A stretch of 57,192 nt of DNA, the filler included, from Jimgerdemannia flammicorona (Eukaryota), in assembly GCA_003990765.1 (NCBI GenBank). It is 3 parts of 3 records of this genome, joined end to end, with 100 filler letters (N's around TTAATTAATTAA, not from the genome) between each part and the next. Parts side by side here need not be neighbours in the genome. Positions count along the whole stretch, not along the records: positions 19,104 to 38,098 come from RBNJ01002054.1; positions 38,199 to 57,192 come from RBNJ01002055.1; 1 more part is not named here. One strand, written 5' to 3'. The stretch's first letter is position 1. Each line of letters starts with the position of its first letter. Under the pieces are notes generated by a model. The model worked only from the letters and a program-made list of their open reading frames with translations, did not search any database and was not told the DNA's origin. Made by a program: the position numbers and the translations under genes. Below are positions 25,301 to 38,851 of the stretch, piece after piece.

Positions 25301-27530
25301 GCAGCTTGACTCCAATTCTAGTGCCAAATAGGGTAGTGGTCTGTGGTTCGAGGGTAGCATCTTGAATGCTGGCAAGGTCTATTCCTATGGCTCCTTCAGT
25401 CTTATATTCTGGGATCTTGGCTTTGGGGTGAAACTTCTTAACCTTGTGGATGATGTCTGATTCTTGTTCCTCCTTATTGTCACTGTCAGCCTGAAGCTCT
25501 GGGGGCTGGTCATCTTCTTCAGCTTTTCTTTTTGCTTCAGCAGCTTCTTGCTCATATTTCTGTTGGTGGATTTTCCTGATTTCACTGATACAGGACCAGC
25601 AGTCATTCAGGTGTTCAGAGCAGTACATCCTAATACCATGGGGGCATCTTCCTTGAGGGGTATACCCATTGATGATCTTGTTATACCACTGCTCATCTGT
25701 GAGCTTGAGTGTCTTGTTCTTGTTCTTGTTCACTGAGTACATGAAGACCTCTGTGTCCTCTTCATCTCCTTCCTCCATGTCTGGTAGAACTCCTTTGTGG
25801 ACATTGATAGAGACTCATACCTTTCTTCCTCTATAGTTGATCTGCATCTTCTGGGCATTGAGGTCAATGATGGCCTTGGCCTTGTGAAGCCATTGGTTGC
25901 CAATAAGGATGTCATAGTTGGTGGCACTTGTAACAATCATGTCTACTGGGATGATAGCTCCTCCTATCTTGATGGGGACTTCTCGGATTTTGCCAAGGGG
26001 GGTAGCTTGTGTACCATCTGCTGTGATATAGACCATCTTGGTGGACTCTTCAATGTCCCAACCTAGGCAGTCAATTGCCTTCTTACTCATGAGACATTCT
26101 CCAGCACTAGTATCAATGATGGCATTAAAGATACAGTCTTCGATCTGGCATGGGGTATAGGCTGATGTCTTATGCTGGTCTTCAGATTCTTCACCTGAGT
26201 TCTCAGATTCATCCTGTGCATTGTGAGCTTCTGCAAACTTGTACTCCTGATTCTTGGCAGTAGTTGCAAGTCCTACTCTCAACTGCTGTCTGAAGGCAGG
26301 GACTTCAGCTAGCTGTCCAAAGGTAGTATTGACCTTCTATTCCTTGAGGTCCTTGTAGATATCATACTGGTGGATCTTGGTCTTGTACAGCTTCTGTTCC
26401 TTCTTGCTTTCACTTTCTCCTAAGACTGGAGTAGTGTCTTCAATAATTTGGTGGGTAGCTTCATCTAACTCCATATCTTGATCAATCTCCTCAGGTTGGG
26501 TCTTGCTTTAAATAGTGACAGCTGGGGTCTTCTTTGGTCTTCCAACTGGCTTGCTGTTGCTCTTCTTATCATAGGGCTTGGACTGGGTTCTGGTACCTTC
26601 AGTAGCAGGGTAGAATTCAAGCTCCTCATAGTATTCTTCATCATCTGTGTCACCAATCTCCTTGCATTGGTTTGTTCTCTGGTTCTGCTAGCATTGCTTG
26701 GTTGGGCTTTGTGTCTTGTTTTGGTCATGCGACTCTTTGCATAGTGGCCTTCTTCTCCATATCTGAAGTATGTAATATTGCATTCTTCTGTAGCAGCTGC
26801 AAATCTCTGCACTGGTCTCCTGTTGGCACTTTGGACTTCTCTAACAACATTACCAAAGTGTGCAGTTATCTCAGCAAACTGCTTGGCAAGTTCTTCCACT
26901 GAGTCAGCTTTGGCTGTCTTGGAGGTAGGTGGGGTTGGTTGTCTGTTTATAACTGTGGTAGGTATGATACTAGTTGGCTTTGATGGCTCCATCTTGATGC
27001 CAGTTATTTTCTCCATTGAGTGTTCAGCAGGGTGTCTGGCAGTCCAATATCTCTGTATAAAGACCACTTTCTGATCAAGGGTCAGTGTAGCTGAGGTAGA
27101 CCAGATTGCTAGGGCAATTTCAGGGTGAACTCCTTTGAGGAAGATTGAGTCCACTATTTGTTCCTTGAGACAGTCATCATAGCCAACCAAGACAATCTGA
27201 TTGCAAATTCGGGTATAAAATGAGTTGGGATCTTCACTAAGTCTCTGGCAGATAGTATTGAGTTGATCCTTGAGAGCTTGCTTGATCTCTTCAGTATAGT
27301 ATGTTGTTCTGAGGAAGGCCTTTATATTGGCAAGTTTGGCTGCACCAGCATCAGCAATGGTGGCTGCATTGAACTTGTCTCTGGCAGGTTCTCTGAGGCT
27401 GACTAGTAGAAGGGCCAATTGTACATCCACACCAAGGGCTCATATGGCAGCAAATTGTTCAAAGTCTTCAATGAAGATCAGGATTGACTCTTTAGTAGTA
27501 TATCCATAGAATGTAGGGGAGTGCATTTCT
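22321..27530 (-). pseudogene. Element C gag-pol (Gag-PR-CPHG module-dUTPase-RT-RH-IN), many stops
   Basis: ORF pieces 27430-26465, 26282-25815, 25778-24930, 24752-24003, 23473-23216 and 23140-22925 carry the expected motifs. Confidence 0.9.
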
Positions 27531-27652
27531 ATCTTGTCTTGAATTCTTGCAGGGGTGACTCTTGTAGTCAGAGTAGTTGTTGTAGGGGTTGTTCGTTTTT
27601 CAGCTTGAAAGTGAGGGATTTATCTTGAATCACCAGCCAATGGGCACCAAGT

Positions 27653-29203
27653 TGTCATGTAGTGGTCACTGAGTCCTTCAAATATGCCAGATTCTCTTCA
27701 AGGTATATCTCTTAGACTAACTCAAGTTTGTTATAAGCAAGTTCTTATTGGAGTGCCTTCCCAAGGTCTTATAGTCCTCAAACTTCTTATCTTTAAACTG
27801 TCTTGTTATCTCTTAGATTGCTTGCAAGGAAGTGTATATAAGTGAAACCAGAACTGACTTTATTTCAGAGGAAATAAGAGGGGTATTTATACAAAATATA
27901 ATTCAATAGTTGCTAAAATATAAAGCTAAATATAAAATTCAATAACTAAAACTACTAAGTTCTAGGGTCAGTACTGGTTGTACAGATTCAGATTGCTGGT
28001 ATAATTCAGTGTCACATCAGAATACCAGTGCTGGAACAATTCTGTGTCACCTCAGAATGCCAGTACTGGCATTATCCAGTATAACAAGGAACTTAGAGCA
28101 GAATGTTCAAGACCATAGGGGCTTCATCCTCATCATCAGAGGTCAGAATATCTTCAAAGGAGATGAGGTCCACGAACGTTTTGTAAAGGTTGCATAGGTT
28201 GTGCATCTTGCGTATGTCATACATTTTGCATACTTCGATGTCGTGTATCTCGCATATGTCAAAGTCATGTGGGATGATGTCATTGCTGATGATGTCATCA
28301 TATTCAGTGACAGGGAAATTGGGGGCTCTCCAATCTATGAGATTCTCTTCCACAAAATAAGAGACAAATATGAGATCTTGGAGAGGTCTGATCTGGATGC
28401 TTGGGCCTTGGAATACTGAGATCAATCCTTACAGAAATTAGTCTGGGTTGTCCTGGAGGATGGGGTGCCAGAAGTCTTCTACTTCATCACTATTGAGGGT
28501 GATTGTGGACTGAGCTTCTGTAGCCACCCTGGCTTCTAGTGCATTGATATGGCAGGATGACAGGTCTCTGAAGTCTGAGACTCTGACATACTCCAAGTTG
28601 GGGATTGACCATGGTGCATGCCTGAAGATCTGATGGATCTTCTTAGCTGTTCTCGTTTCGTATATATCTATGAGAGTGATATCTTGTAGCTCTTGAGTGC
28701 TGGCCTATAGGAACTCCCAGCAGAGGAGGTTTCCTATTTCGTACTCCTGCTACATTTGGAGGTATTTGGTGGCAATAGTGATCCTTGTTTCCATTTCATG
28801 GTTATAGAGGATATAATGATAAGGGTCATCAGTATCCAGGTTGACACTAGGAGTCCTTCTTGAGTGGGTCCTCATAGCTCTTCTGATGTCTTGGAACATC
28901 CTTTTTTTGACTGAGGTACCTTGGTGGTTCCTTGACCTTAAGGTTTGGCAGGCAGCAGGCATTTCATTTGTGGTAAGTCTTTGAGCTATTTTGGGATTGG
29001 TGGGTCTTGTTGGTTGCTGCTACTATAGTTCCTTGATCCTTCTTTTATATTTCTCAAGGTATCATACTGTGGTCACAGTGACTCACAGTTGGTTATTGTT
29101 GCTCATCTCATATGCCATATGATCTCCTTGTGCTCTGATCTGATGGCTTATGAGGAAAGACTGTCTCCTGTGCTAATGTCATCATTCTGGGGTCACTATT
29201 ACA
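27653..29203 (-). repeat. 5' LTR of element C with degenerate accessory ORF (28962-28093)
   Basis: TGTCATGTAG...CTATTACA; 3 units of the 35-bp repeat. Confidence 0.9.
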
Positions 29204-29587
29204 TTATATATCAAGTGATATAGCTCAAAGATGATATAGTTATATATAAGTTATATTTTTGAGATATCAAAATATATAATAAGAATTTCAATATTATCTA
29301 GTATTTATTAGTTAGTTGTTCAAACTTAATACAACTGTTCTCTTTGATAGTATTGAGTTCATCATTATTATTCTAATTACTTTTATTCTTCTCAAAGTCA
29401 GTCTCATCTCATCTTTCACAAGTTGTATAATCTGGTTTAGGTTCTATTATTATCTTCTTAGCTTAGTGTCTTATAATTTGAATTTTAAAAACTTCAGAGA
29501 TATATATATAATATTTACTAATATATTCTATATAGTATATATATTCAAATAGAATGAGAGTATTATCTATATGGTACATAACTATCT

Positions 29588-30560
29588 TTTTTATTTTTTA
29601 TTTTTTTATTTTTATAATTACTTAGACTTCATTATTTATTATAAAATCAATCTATATCTATAAATATATAGCAACTCCACACCCTACCCAATCTCCTTAG
29701 AGGATTGCCCCCTCCTCTTTATTGTGATTAAAGACCACTAAACCATTAACCACTACAACTCACCCACTACTCTACTTACAAATATCCTCTATTAAGCATC
29801 ACTTATAATTATCCTAGAGGTCTCATCTTATCTATCAATCAGATATAATATCTTCTATCAATTACTCTCATCTTACCATCTTTTCCTCCAAGCTTATCCA
29901 CCTGCTCTTCTCAAATATATATAGCTAATATCTACTCAAAATACTAATGTCAACTCAATAGTAAGATACTCATTATTAATATACTCTACCAACCTCAACT
30001 TCAAATTCTCCTATCTACCCTCTACCACATCAATATACTGCCTCATTCCCAGATAACTCCCAACTAGTACTCTCAATAAATCAAATCAAATGTCCAATTC
30101 AATTTGATTCAAATCAAATCAAAGATCTAATTTGATTTGAGATTTAATTTGAACCCTATTTTTCAAAATATAATAACTTAACAAAAACATGTTCAAATTT
30201 AATGATATTTCACTTGTTAGATTCCCCTATATAAGAGGAATCTAACAAGCTAAAGATCATTAATTTTAGATATGTTTTCATCAAGTTATTATATTTTGAA
30301 AAATAGGGTTCAAATTAGACCCTCAATTTAATTTGAATTTAATTTGATTTAAACTTGATTTGAATTGAAAAAACCCCAATTAAATTTGATTTGAATTGAT
30401 TCAATTTATTTGGGAGCACTACTCCCAACCATCTTTCAGAAATTACCAACAACTATACATTTCTCTAATTAATATTTAGATATTTACACAAAATCTCTCT
30501 CCTGTTTTATATCATAACTATAATAACTCTTATTTCTATCCCTCTCTTATCTTTTAGATA
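29588..30560 (-). mobile_element. 3' fragment of a degenerate LINE, same family as 50690-51617
   Basis: T-rich tail at ~29588-29613; reverse complement aligns by eye with 50900-51617. Confidence 0.5.
30065..30421. mobile_element. Palindromic (foldback) MITE, hAT-type
   Basis: TAGTACTC...GAGCACTA termini; the whole element is an imperfect inverted repeat; exact 8-bp TSD CTCCCAAC (30057-30064, 30422-30429). Confidence 0.82.
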
Positions 30561-31156
30561 ATTAGAGAAACAAGATATTACTTAAAGACTTAGTATACAA
30601 TGTGTAACAAGAAGCATTCAGTATGAGAAAGTACTTACTTGAAATTAGTTGTAGTGGCAGTACCCTTCTTATTAATCTTAGTTATAAGGAACTTGTTCTT
30701 TGCTATATATAGACTGAATTCACCTTGGAATTCAGATTTAATTTGGGTTTACTTAAGTCCTTATAATTTATATACTGGTCTCAGTTCTGGCAGAAGTTAG
30801 CTAAGCTTCTGAAGTTTAGTCAGAAATACTAGAGTTACTTAGATATCATTACTAAGACTTAGGAGAATGTATGTGTGTAGAGAGAGAACTTGATTCTTAT
30901 ATCAAAGACTGAACTAAAACTGCTTTATTTCAGATAGAAACTGGGGGAGAATTTATGCAAGTTTATTTATAATGTTTGACTAAGTATGAGTGACTAATTT
31001 GGTAACTATGGTGAGATTTATAATCATAACTTTTATCAGGTAGTTTGAAATTAGAAATACTTTGTGATCAGAACCTCTATTGCTAGGCAATAATTGGCTG
31101 CTGCAGTACTGATTGCTGTAGCACAAATTGCTAGAGATAAGCTAGATATCATTTTA

Positions 31157-31172
<16 letters not shown>

Positions 31173-31227
<55 letters not shown>

Positions 31228-34200
31228 TATAGTCACTTGGACTCCTTTATTATGGAACTATCTAATACAACAAGACCCTATCTGATAACCACTATAACTA
31301 CAAATACAAGGAAGGGCCCATCAGCCTACACTTTCTTTCTACTATACCCCCTTCTCACCAAACACTAGGTGCTCCTGACTCCTCTGAACAATGTCTATTA
31401 TCTTCCTCATGGCTCCCAATTGGTGCCTCTTCCCCTGATACCACCACCTTTGTATCACTTCCAGAAGTAGCCCCTTCCACTGCTCCACCAGTTCGCCAAT
31501 TCTCATCTAAGGATCCTTCTTAAACACCCATCACCAGTGCACTGCCATCAGGACCCAGATGCCAATAATCCAGCCCAGACTACCCCAAATGTCCCCAATC
31601 TCTCCCACTGGTCACTGCTTGACCACTCAACTAGTGGGGCCCCCTGCTTGCTCACTCTTGCCACCCTAATAGCCTTCCAACATCTGCCAAAATCTCTCAA
31701 CCCCTGGACATACTGCCAAGACATGCTCTGGTGTCTGCACCACACCCCCATCCAGCTCACAATACCACTAATATTCTCTTATACCTTCAGCCTCCATCCA
31801 CCCCATCCTGTATCCCAGCATAACATTCCTTTGCAAAAATCTCCACCATACTACCCAAAACTTTGGTGGTACAATCTTGAGCAATAAGGTCTCCCAACCC
31901 CAAACCCAACTCCACTCCCAATCTTCCCCAAACCCAACCTTTTGCCATCCAACTGGCCACCTCTCAAGTGGACCCATCCAGATCCATTCCATAGCCCCAG
32001 ACACAGAGTATTCCACCAACTGATGACCACTAATATGAATATCTCCAAGTTGCCACCATCGCTGCTCCATATCCTCCTCTTTACCTAGCTCTGGATCTGT
32101 GAGTCCCATTGCCAGCCAAGCTTCCACAATACCCCACCAGAACCCCTGGTAATGCAATCTGCTAACTCTTTCAACCTGAAGCAAGCCTCACATATTCTTC
32201 TGAACCTCACCATGGAGACAAAACCTGACTTTCCAATTGTCCATCACCAGTTTGCCCCAACTATCCACTTCTAATTCTGTCAGTCGGTAACCCCACCAGC
32301 CCCAAAGTACCTTCAGCTACCTCCTAAAATCTACTAGCCCCAATCCACTATCTATTGTTCACATCACCACTGTCTCCTAACTAATCTGTGACCTTCTCTC
32401 TTACCACAGCTATTCTTTTACCACCTTCTTCAGTTTCTGTACTACCCAACCAGGAAAGTCCAAATGGTACCCCAAATATCACAGCTTTGGTAGCCAATAC
32501 ACATTCAATACTACAATCCTCCCCACCAAAGAGAAGCCCCTTCCTGACCAGCCCACCAAAGCGCTTTCCTACTTCTGTATCATTCCACACCACCACTCCT
32601 TTGGCAGCACCATCTCTTACACCAAGAACCAGATACCTAAATATTGAACTGTCTTTCCAGTATAGACCAGTTGTCCAAAATGTCCATGCTCTCCCAAACC
32701 AGCTCTAAGCTCTATAGTCTCACACTTGCCCCAATTCAGCTTTGCCCCTGCCAGCCTCTTGTACTGCTCTACCCTATCCTACGATCTTGCCACATCTGCC
32801 ATACAGCCTAACCCTACCACTATATCATCAGCAAAGGCCCCCAGCTTCCAGACCACATCCCCCATCTTCAGTCCAGTAAGCCTCTCCTTCAGCCATGCCA
32901 ACAAAGGCTCTAAGGATAAAATATAGAGTAGGGGCGAAAGAAGATCCCTCTGTGGCATACCTCTCCCCAAGGCAAACTCTGGGCCACTCCACCCATTCAT
33001 TAGTACTGCAGCCCAGCAGCCTCACACCAGACCCATCAGTTTCTGAGCCTCCACCACACTGAAACCTGCCTTCTGCAGAACTGTCTCCAAATAATTCTAC
33101 CTCACCCTGTTGTAAGCCTTTTCCTGATATAAGAACACTATTCTCCCATCCACTTGCCAGCTTCTACAGCCCTCCAAAATGTTTTGCACCCAGGCTGTAC
33201 TGTCTCGGACCTGCCTCCTCTTCACAAACCCTTACTGCTCTTCACCCACCAATTGGCCAATCCATCATTGCATTCTCCCTGCCAGAATATTGGAGACCAA
33301 CTTCCTGTCCACATTCAGTAGCATAATGAGCTGCCAGTTCTGCCACATATGTCAATCCCCTTTCTCCTTATAGAGCAGAGAGACTAACCCTAAGGAGCCA
33401 TTGCCAATCTAGCAACCTTCACTCAATATAAAGTTTGCCATTTCAACAAGCCATTCCCCAAACTCAACTTGAAACTCCTTCCAGAACTCCCAAGGTAGTC
33501 CATCCTCTCTTGGTGATAAACCAGTCTGCATTTTCCTCAGAACCTCCAATATCTCCTTAAGGGCCACCATACTCATTACTGCCCCACCTATCTCAGGCAC
33601 TGCTACTACTGGCCAGCTGCCAACCAAATTATCATTATCCTCCAGTGAAGCCTCTCTCTCCACCAGCCCTCCTTCATCTCGCCATAGAGTGCACCATTGA
33701 CCAGAGATTTCTCCAAGCATATCAGTAATACTAGTAACCTCAACTCCATCCTCTTACAACATCAAAGCCCAGCTATACCACACCCTTCTGGCCTTCAAGA
33801 TTTCTGACAAGTATTTAGTGGGTTGCTCTCCTTCTTCCAACCACCTTGCCCACAGTCTTGCCAATAGCCCATCTACCATCCTATCTTCTGCTGCCTTCAA
33901 ATCCAACCACAACTCAGTCACCTTCTTGGCCAACTGGGAGTATCATTCCCCTGATAAATTCTCCCCTTCCAGAAATTTCAGCCACCAATGTAGCCCCTGT
34001 TCAACTCTCCTTTCTCTATCCTTCTGCTCTCTTCCAGCTACCTCCCCCACATCATGCCAATAAGCACCTGCCAAATGTTTAAATTTCCCCCACCATTGTG
34101 CTATTGACTGTCTACTATTCTTCCATCATGTCACTTCCTGCCTCACAATTGCCACAAATTGATCCCTCTCCACTTATCTTTTGAGGAGTGCTACATTGAG

Positions 34201-36900
34201 TCACCATTGACCTCTACCTCCACTGACCATCTGAAATCTCCCACACACCTCTACTCCCCCGTGATCTGACCAAGGACACTACTATACTCCTGTTGAATCT
34301 AATATATTATCCTAGCATTCTACTAACAGAATCCAATCAATCCTTGTTCCAACCAAGTCATCGCCAACTGGGTGCCACCTAGTAAATAGCCCTGGCCTCT
34401 CCTCTTGACATTGTCATACTCCATCAATCAGTCCCATATCCCTCTCAACTTAGAGCTATTGCAAAAGTCCAGCAGATACAGCCACACCTACTCCACCATC
34501 TGATATATCTAATGTCCTGTCATGCACCATGTTAGAGTCCCCCCCCAGAATGTCCAACCCAACCTCATCTCAGTCTTTCCAAGCCAGCCAACCCTCTATC
34601 CATTGGTTTCGCTCTCTGCCAACTGCCAGCAGGTAAGCAGAGCCAACTACTAGTCCATCTCCAGCTCCTCCTTTCAATCTCTCTCAGACTAATTGATCAC
34701 CATATACCTCAATATCCATTAGCTCACCTCTCTCCAAGCTAACCAAAATGCCCACCTGCTCATTCCAACCTATGCTTCCATACTATTCTCTGCTCCAATC
34801 CTCATAATCTTGCTCTCCATAGGCCTGAATATCCTGCAGAAACACCACATTATATCTCCTGACCTTCAGCCAACAAAATAGATGCCTTTGCTTCACTACA
34901 TTACACAAACCATTGACATTTAATGATAAAATATGTAGACTGTTCATCATTATGAATAAAAATGTTTAAAGCTCCACTGGAATCGCCACCACCTTTTCAG
35001 CCTAACTATAGATTATTGCCTTCCATTTCTCACAGGTAGCCCTCCAGATGTGGGCTCCATTCACACCACTGCAGAAGATATCTACTTGCTCAGATGTCAC
35101 CTTTCTGATGTCAGCCATACAGTCCTCATCCACCTCATATCCTTCATTATTCAGAAGCACTGTCACTATTGCCATCACCAACTTTAGCCCTTGCAATGCC
35201 ACATTGAGAAACCCTTCCCAGGCCTCCTGAGATCCATTAAACACATCTACTTCCTTGATATCCTTCTCTGCAAGTTCCTCAAGCACTGCCCAATACCAGT
35301 CATCAGCTGTCATTGTCAGGGGCTCAGGAGTGGCAGGCCTCAGGTCCTACTCAGTTCCTGTATCATCTCTCTATCTGCCGACACATCAGAGGCCACATCC
35401 ACTAGGTCATCCTCCTCTGCACCCTTCTCCAGCCACACCACTTCACCTGCCTCTGGACATTCCCAATGAATATTTGCTGCTCCTGCTATATAAATATCCT
35501 CTAACTGAGTCTCTGGCACTATCTCAACAACCTCCTCAAAATCCCCTACATTCACCTCCTCTCTATCAGCCCACTTCCCCTTCACTGGCACATGTACTGA
35601 GTTCTCCACACCCCCCAGTTGTGAAAAGGACACCTCAGTCACTTTACTTTTGAGCCCTGGAGAACTGTCTGCAGGTGCTTCCAGTTCACCCTCCACTACC
35701 TCTTTCTCCTCTCATCTGTTGGAATCCAGATCTAGTCCTTGGCAAACTCCTCCCATCTCCTCTTCTACAATTCCTTTGCAGCCTCTCTCTCCTTTAGAGT
35801 GAGCAGTAATTCCTCCTCCTTCTGTTCAGAACCCTTCCTTCTCCACACCTTGCACTCCTGTCCTCCAATACAAATCACTTCTGATCAGTCCCTCCCTAGC
35901 CCTGTGGCCTCCTTGTCTTCCAGCCTCACTATTACCTTGCAGTTGCCATTTCTCAGCTTAGTTCTCTCTCAGAACATAAACCCAAAGTTGACCATTTCAC
36001 TGAAAGCCCCCAGTATCTCTGCCACAATCCCCTTAGTCTCCTGTCTCCCCATTATTGATAGCCCCTCAATCACCAGATACACAGCATGCAGATCCCACCT
36101 CAGACACCTCATCATGCCAACCTTGATATTCTTAATGACCAGCCCTTTCTCCAAAGCTTTCACCATCTCCTCCTCCTCTACAAATCCTATCTCAACTGTC
36201 TCAGCTAATGGGATAAACTTCAGCAACTCCACCCCAGCAACCTCCTCTCCCACTAGCTGCATGACCTCCCTAGCAGACATCCCCAGCCCCAAAAAATTTA
36301 CCAAGATAGTCCATGTCAACACTGACTTGTGGAAGAAGGGATGTACCACCAGTTCATCAGAGCCTGCTGCTATCATTGCCTTCCTCTTATTTTTAGATAC
36401 TCCAGCAGTCACTCTAGCCACTGACTCAGCCCCAGGAATAGCAGTCCTGACTACACTACTTCTGGACCCCTGGCCCCTAGTATGCACCTGACCAGTCACC
36501 TGACCAGTCACCTGACTCCTACCCCTATCAACACTATATCCCCCCTGCCCTACCCCCATGGGCCTAGTAGCTGCCCTCCTGCCCCCCATCACTATATACC
36601 AACTCTCAATACCAGCCTGCCTTCCCTGACCACCTACCCCTCCAGCTCTAGTATCAGCCCCAGCTGCTACTGCAAAACTCTTAGGGAGACCCAGACCAGG
36701 CCTCCTTCTCTCCAAATGCTCAGAACTTGATGAACCCTGGATTGCCATCTGATGAAAACTTTACAGAATTTGACAAAACTTGTTGTAGACTGTTACTAGA
36801 CTCCTGCCACACTTTGTACACCAGTATAGATGAAGTGAAAACTTGAGAATGTGTTGCTTTTCATAAAAAGATGTCCATGTGGCTTAGCTTACTCCAAATG
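31173..36900 (-). mobile_element. Near full-length degenerate non-LTR retrotransposon (L1/Tx1-like LINE)
   Basis: Poly(A) tail (T run 31173-31224); ORF1 relic 36748-35002; ORF2 from 34950 with APE endonuclease (SLNVNGL, LQD, SDH), RT (SPREDG, GMPQRDLLSPLLY, FADD) and C-terminal C...TPEHVLAVC. Confidence 0.88.
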
Positions 36901-37099
36901 GTTTGAGCAAAAGAAGTCCTTTTTTTGTATCATTTATTATATTCATTATTCATATATTATATATCATGCTTGATCAATAGTGATATTATTGTCAGATTAC
37001 ATGATTGCTCATTATATCTCATCTGTTTACTCACTACTTGTTCTATTACATCCTTTTCCTCTTAAAAATTAATATCCTCATTAATTTAGAAATTGAGAA

Positions 37100-37889
37100 C
37101 CAGGAGAGGGAAAGGTGGGAAATCCTTCTCAGTATTGTTGTCTTCTCCTTCAGTGACTAGAGGGGTAGTTGCTGATGGTATGATGTCTAGGATAGAGAAG
37201 TCAATGAGGTCTACAAATGGTTCTTGAACTAGAATAGACATTGGGATAGGGATTCTCCATCTAATATAGTTGGGACCATCTAAGTAGAGTTCTTACTCCT
37301 CATATCTGGAAATATCCATTCAGATGGGCAGTTCTTCAAAGAGATCAGAGAGACCTTGAAGCCATTGGTCTGAGTTGTTATTCAGGAGAGAGCTCTAGTG
37401 GGATTTGTAGTCAGTAGATTTGAGAGTAATTTAGAAGTTAGTTTCTTAGACAACCTTGATCTCTAGTTCATCAATCTTAGAGAATAAGAGGTTCTAGAAG
37501 TCCTTTAGTTATATATAGTTAAAGTTGGGAATTGCAAAGAGTATATAGTATATAATTTAATAGATCTTCTTGGCTTGTCTTTGCTTGTGTCTATCTATAT
37601 GAGTCTAGTCTGAGATCTGGTCAGTGGGTAGGCCATTTGAATATTGAAGAAGTTGATGGCCAATTTCAAATTTATGCCAGATTTCTAAATAGCTAGTAGT
37701 AAGGTAGGCCCTTTCAATAAGTTTATGGTGGTCAAGAACATACTGTTCTAGGTCCTAGATAAGGAGATTAAGGGCCTCAGAGCAATAGTTCTTTTCTTAG
37801 ATAGCAACCTGGATATGTTCAAAGAGGCAGTCAATCTGGCTTCAGAGGAGCTGGCTATAGTGAACTGTTTGGTGGTGGGTAGCAGACAT
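37100..37889 (-). pseudogene. Accessory ORF of relic E, homolog of the C/D LTR ORF
   Basis: Manual translation: LEIWHKFEIGHQL...RQAKKIY*II...AIPNFNYI*LKDF...LNNNSDQWLQGLSDLFE vs C LQMWQEYEIGNLL...RAAKKIYQIF...SIPNLEYVRVSDF...LQDNPDQFLQGLISVFQ; TATAAATA ~70 nt upstream; 3' end approximate. Confidence 0.72.
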
Positions 37890-38067
37890 TCTTGTCTTGT
37901 CTTTTCTTTGAGAAGAGAAGGGGGGGATGAGAGTTGTAGTATGTATGCTCTAGCCCTGGGTATTTATACTTATTTATCTATCTGGTGTGATTTTAATTTG
38001 ATCACATTCCTCATAGAAGATATAACCTGTTACTATAAGTAGAGCATGTGCTATTTATATAAGAAAA

Positions 38068-38098
<31 letters not shown>

Positions 38099-38198
38099 NN
38101 NNNNNNNNNNNNNNNNNNNNNNNNNNNNNNNNNNNNNNNNNNTTAATTAATTAANNNNNNNNNNNNNNNNNNNNNNNNNNNNNNNNNNNNNNNNNNNN
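38099..38198. other. Assembly gap with artificial linker
   Basis: 44 N + TTAATTAATTAA + 44 N. Confidence 0.97.
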
Positions 38199-38851
38199 AA
38201 AAAAAAAGAGATCACCTTTATATTATCAAACTAATAAATAAAGCTTATAATATATACTATAATAGTCTATAATATATGAGAGACTCTATATAATTATTAT
38301 GTATAAGTATCCTTATTGAATTGATTCTATCTAAAATCTTGGCTACTATTTATAAATAAAACTCAAAGAGAGTATTTATAAATATATTAATTATATCAAT
38401 AATCTGATAAATTAGATAAATTTTCTAAGTATATTAGTAGAGTATATCAGTAATAAAGATAAGATTCTAGCCTTTATATAAGATCTTCCTAAGATATATA
38501 ATATTATAGTAATCGCTATATACAAGAGTGGAAAACTTATAGACTATACCTATATAATAATAAACCTCATTAATGAAGAGATATATCAAGAAAATAGTAA
38601 TAATTATGATGATGAAAAAGTATTCTACAGGTTATATATATAAGACAAAAAGCATCAATAAGGCCAAAAATATAAAAAAATATAATAATAATAGTAGTAT
38701 GTTTTTTATATAAGTAATATCTATATATATCTACTGATAAGAATATAGTCAGAAAGAGTACCAATACTACCAATGATAATAATATTTGACTTATAGATTC
38801 AGATACTATACAATATGTATAACAGTCTACTGAGAATAGTTTTCAATATAT

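Larger units (their letters stand above)
20348..29203 (-). mobile_element. Element C: degenerate Ty3/gypsy with dUTPase; gag-pol related to A but with different ~1.6-kb ORF-bearing LTRs
   Basis: LTRs 20348-21965 and 27653-29203; PBS TGGTGCCCATTGG; PPT TTCAGGAGGAAGA; gag, IIDTSAG, dUTPase, YVDD, RH and IN on the - strand. Confidence 0.93.
30603..38070 (-). mobile_element. Element E: LTR relic of a further family related to C, split by the LINE (segments ~30603-31150 and ~36930-38070)
   Basis: Starts TGTAAC; 30917-30961 resembles the C LTR TATA region (ACTG.CTTTATTT.CAG...GGAG.ATTTAT.CAA); carries an ORF homologous to the C LTR ORF; the right boundary is uncertain because of the gap. Confidence 0.55.

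Noticed and set aside
31051..31285. Poly-Lys / poly-Phe ORFs
   Set aside because: Translations of the LINE poly(A) tail and a TA microsatellite.
38199..38851. AT-saturated relic, possibly integrase (also 49000-49850)
   Set aside because: Too mutated to recover a convincing motif by eye.
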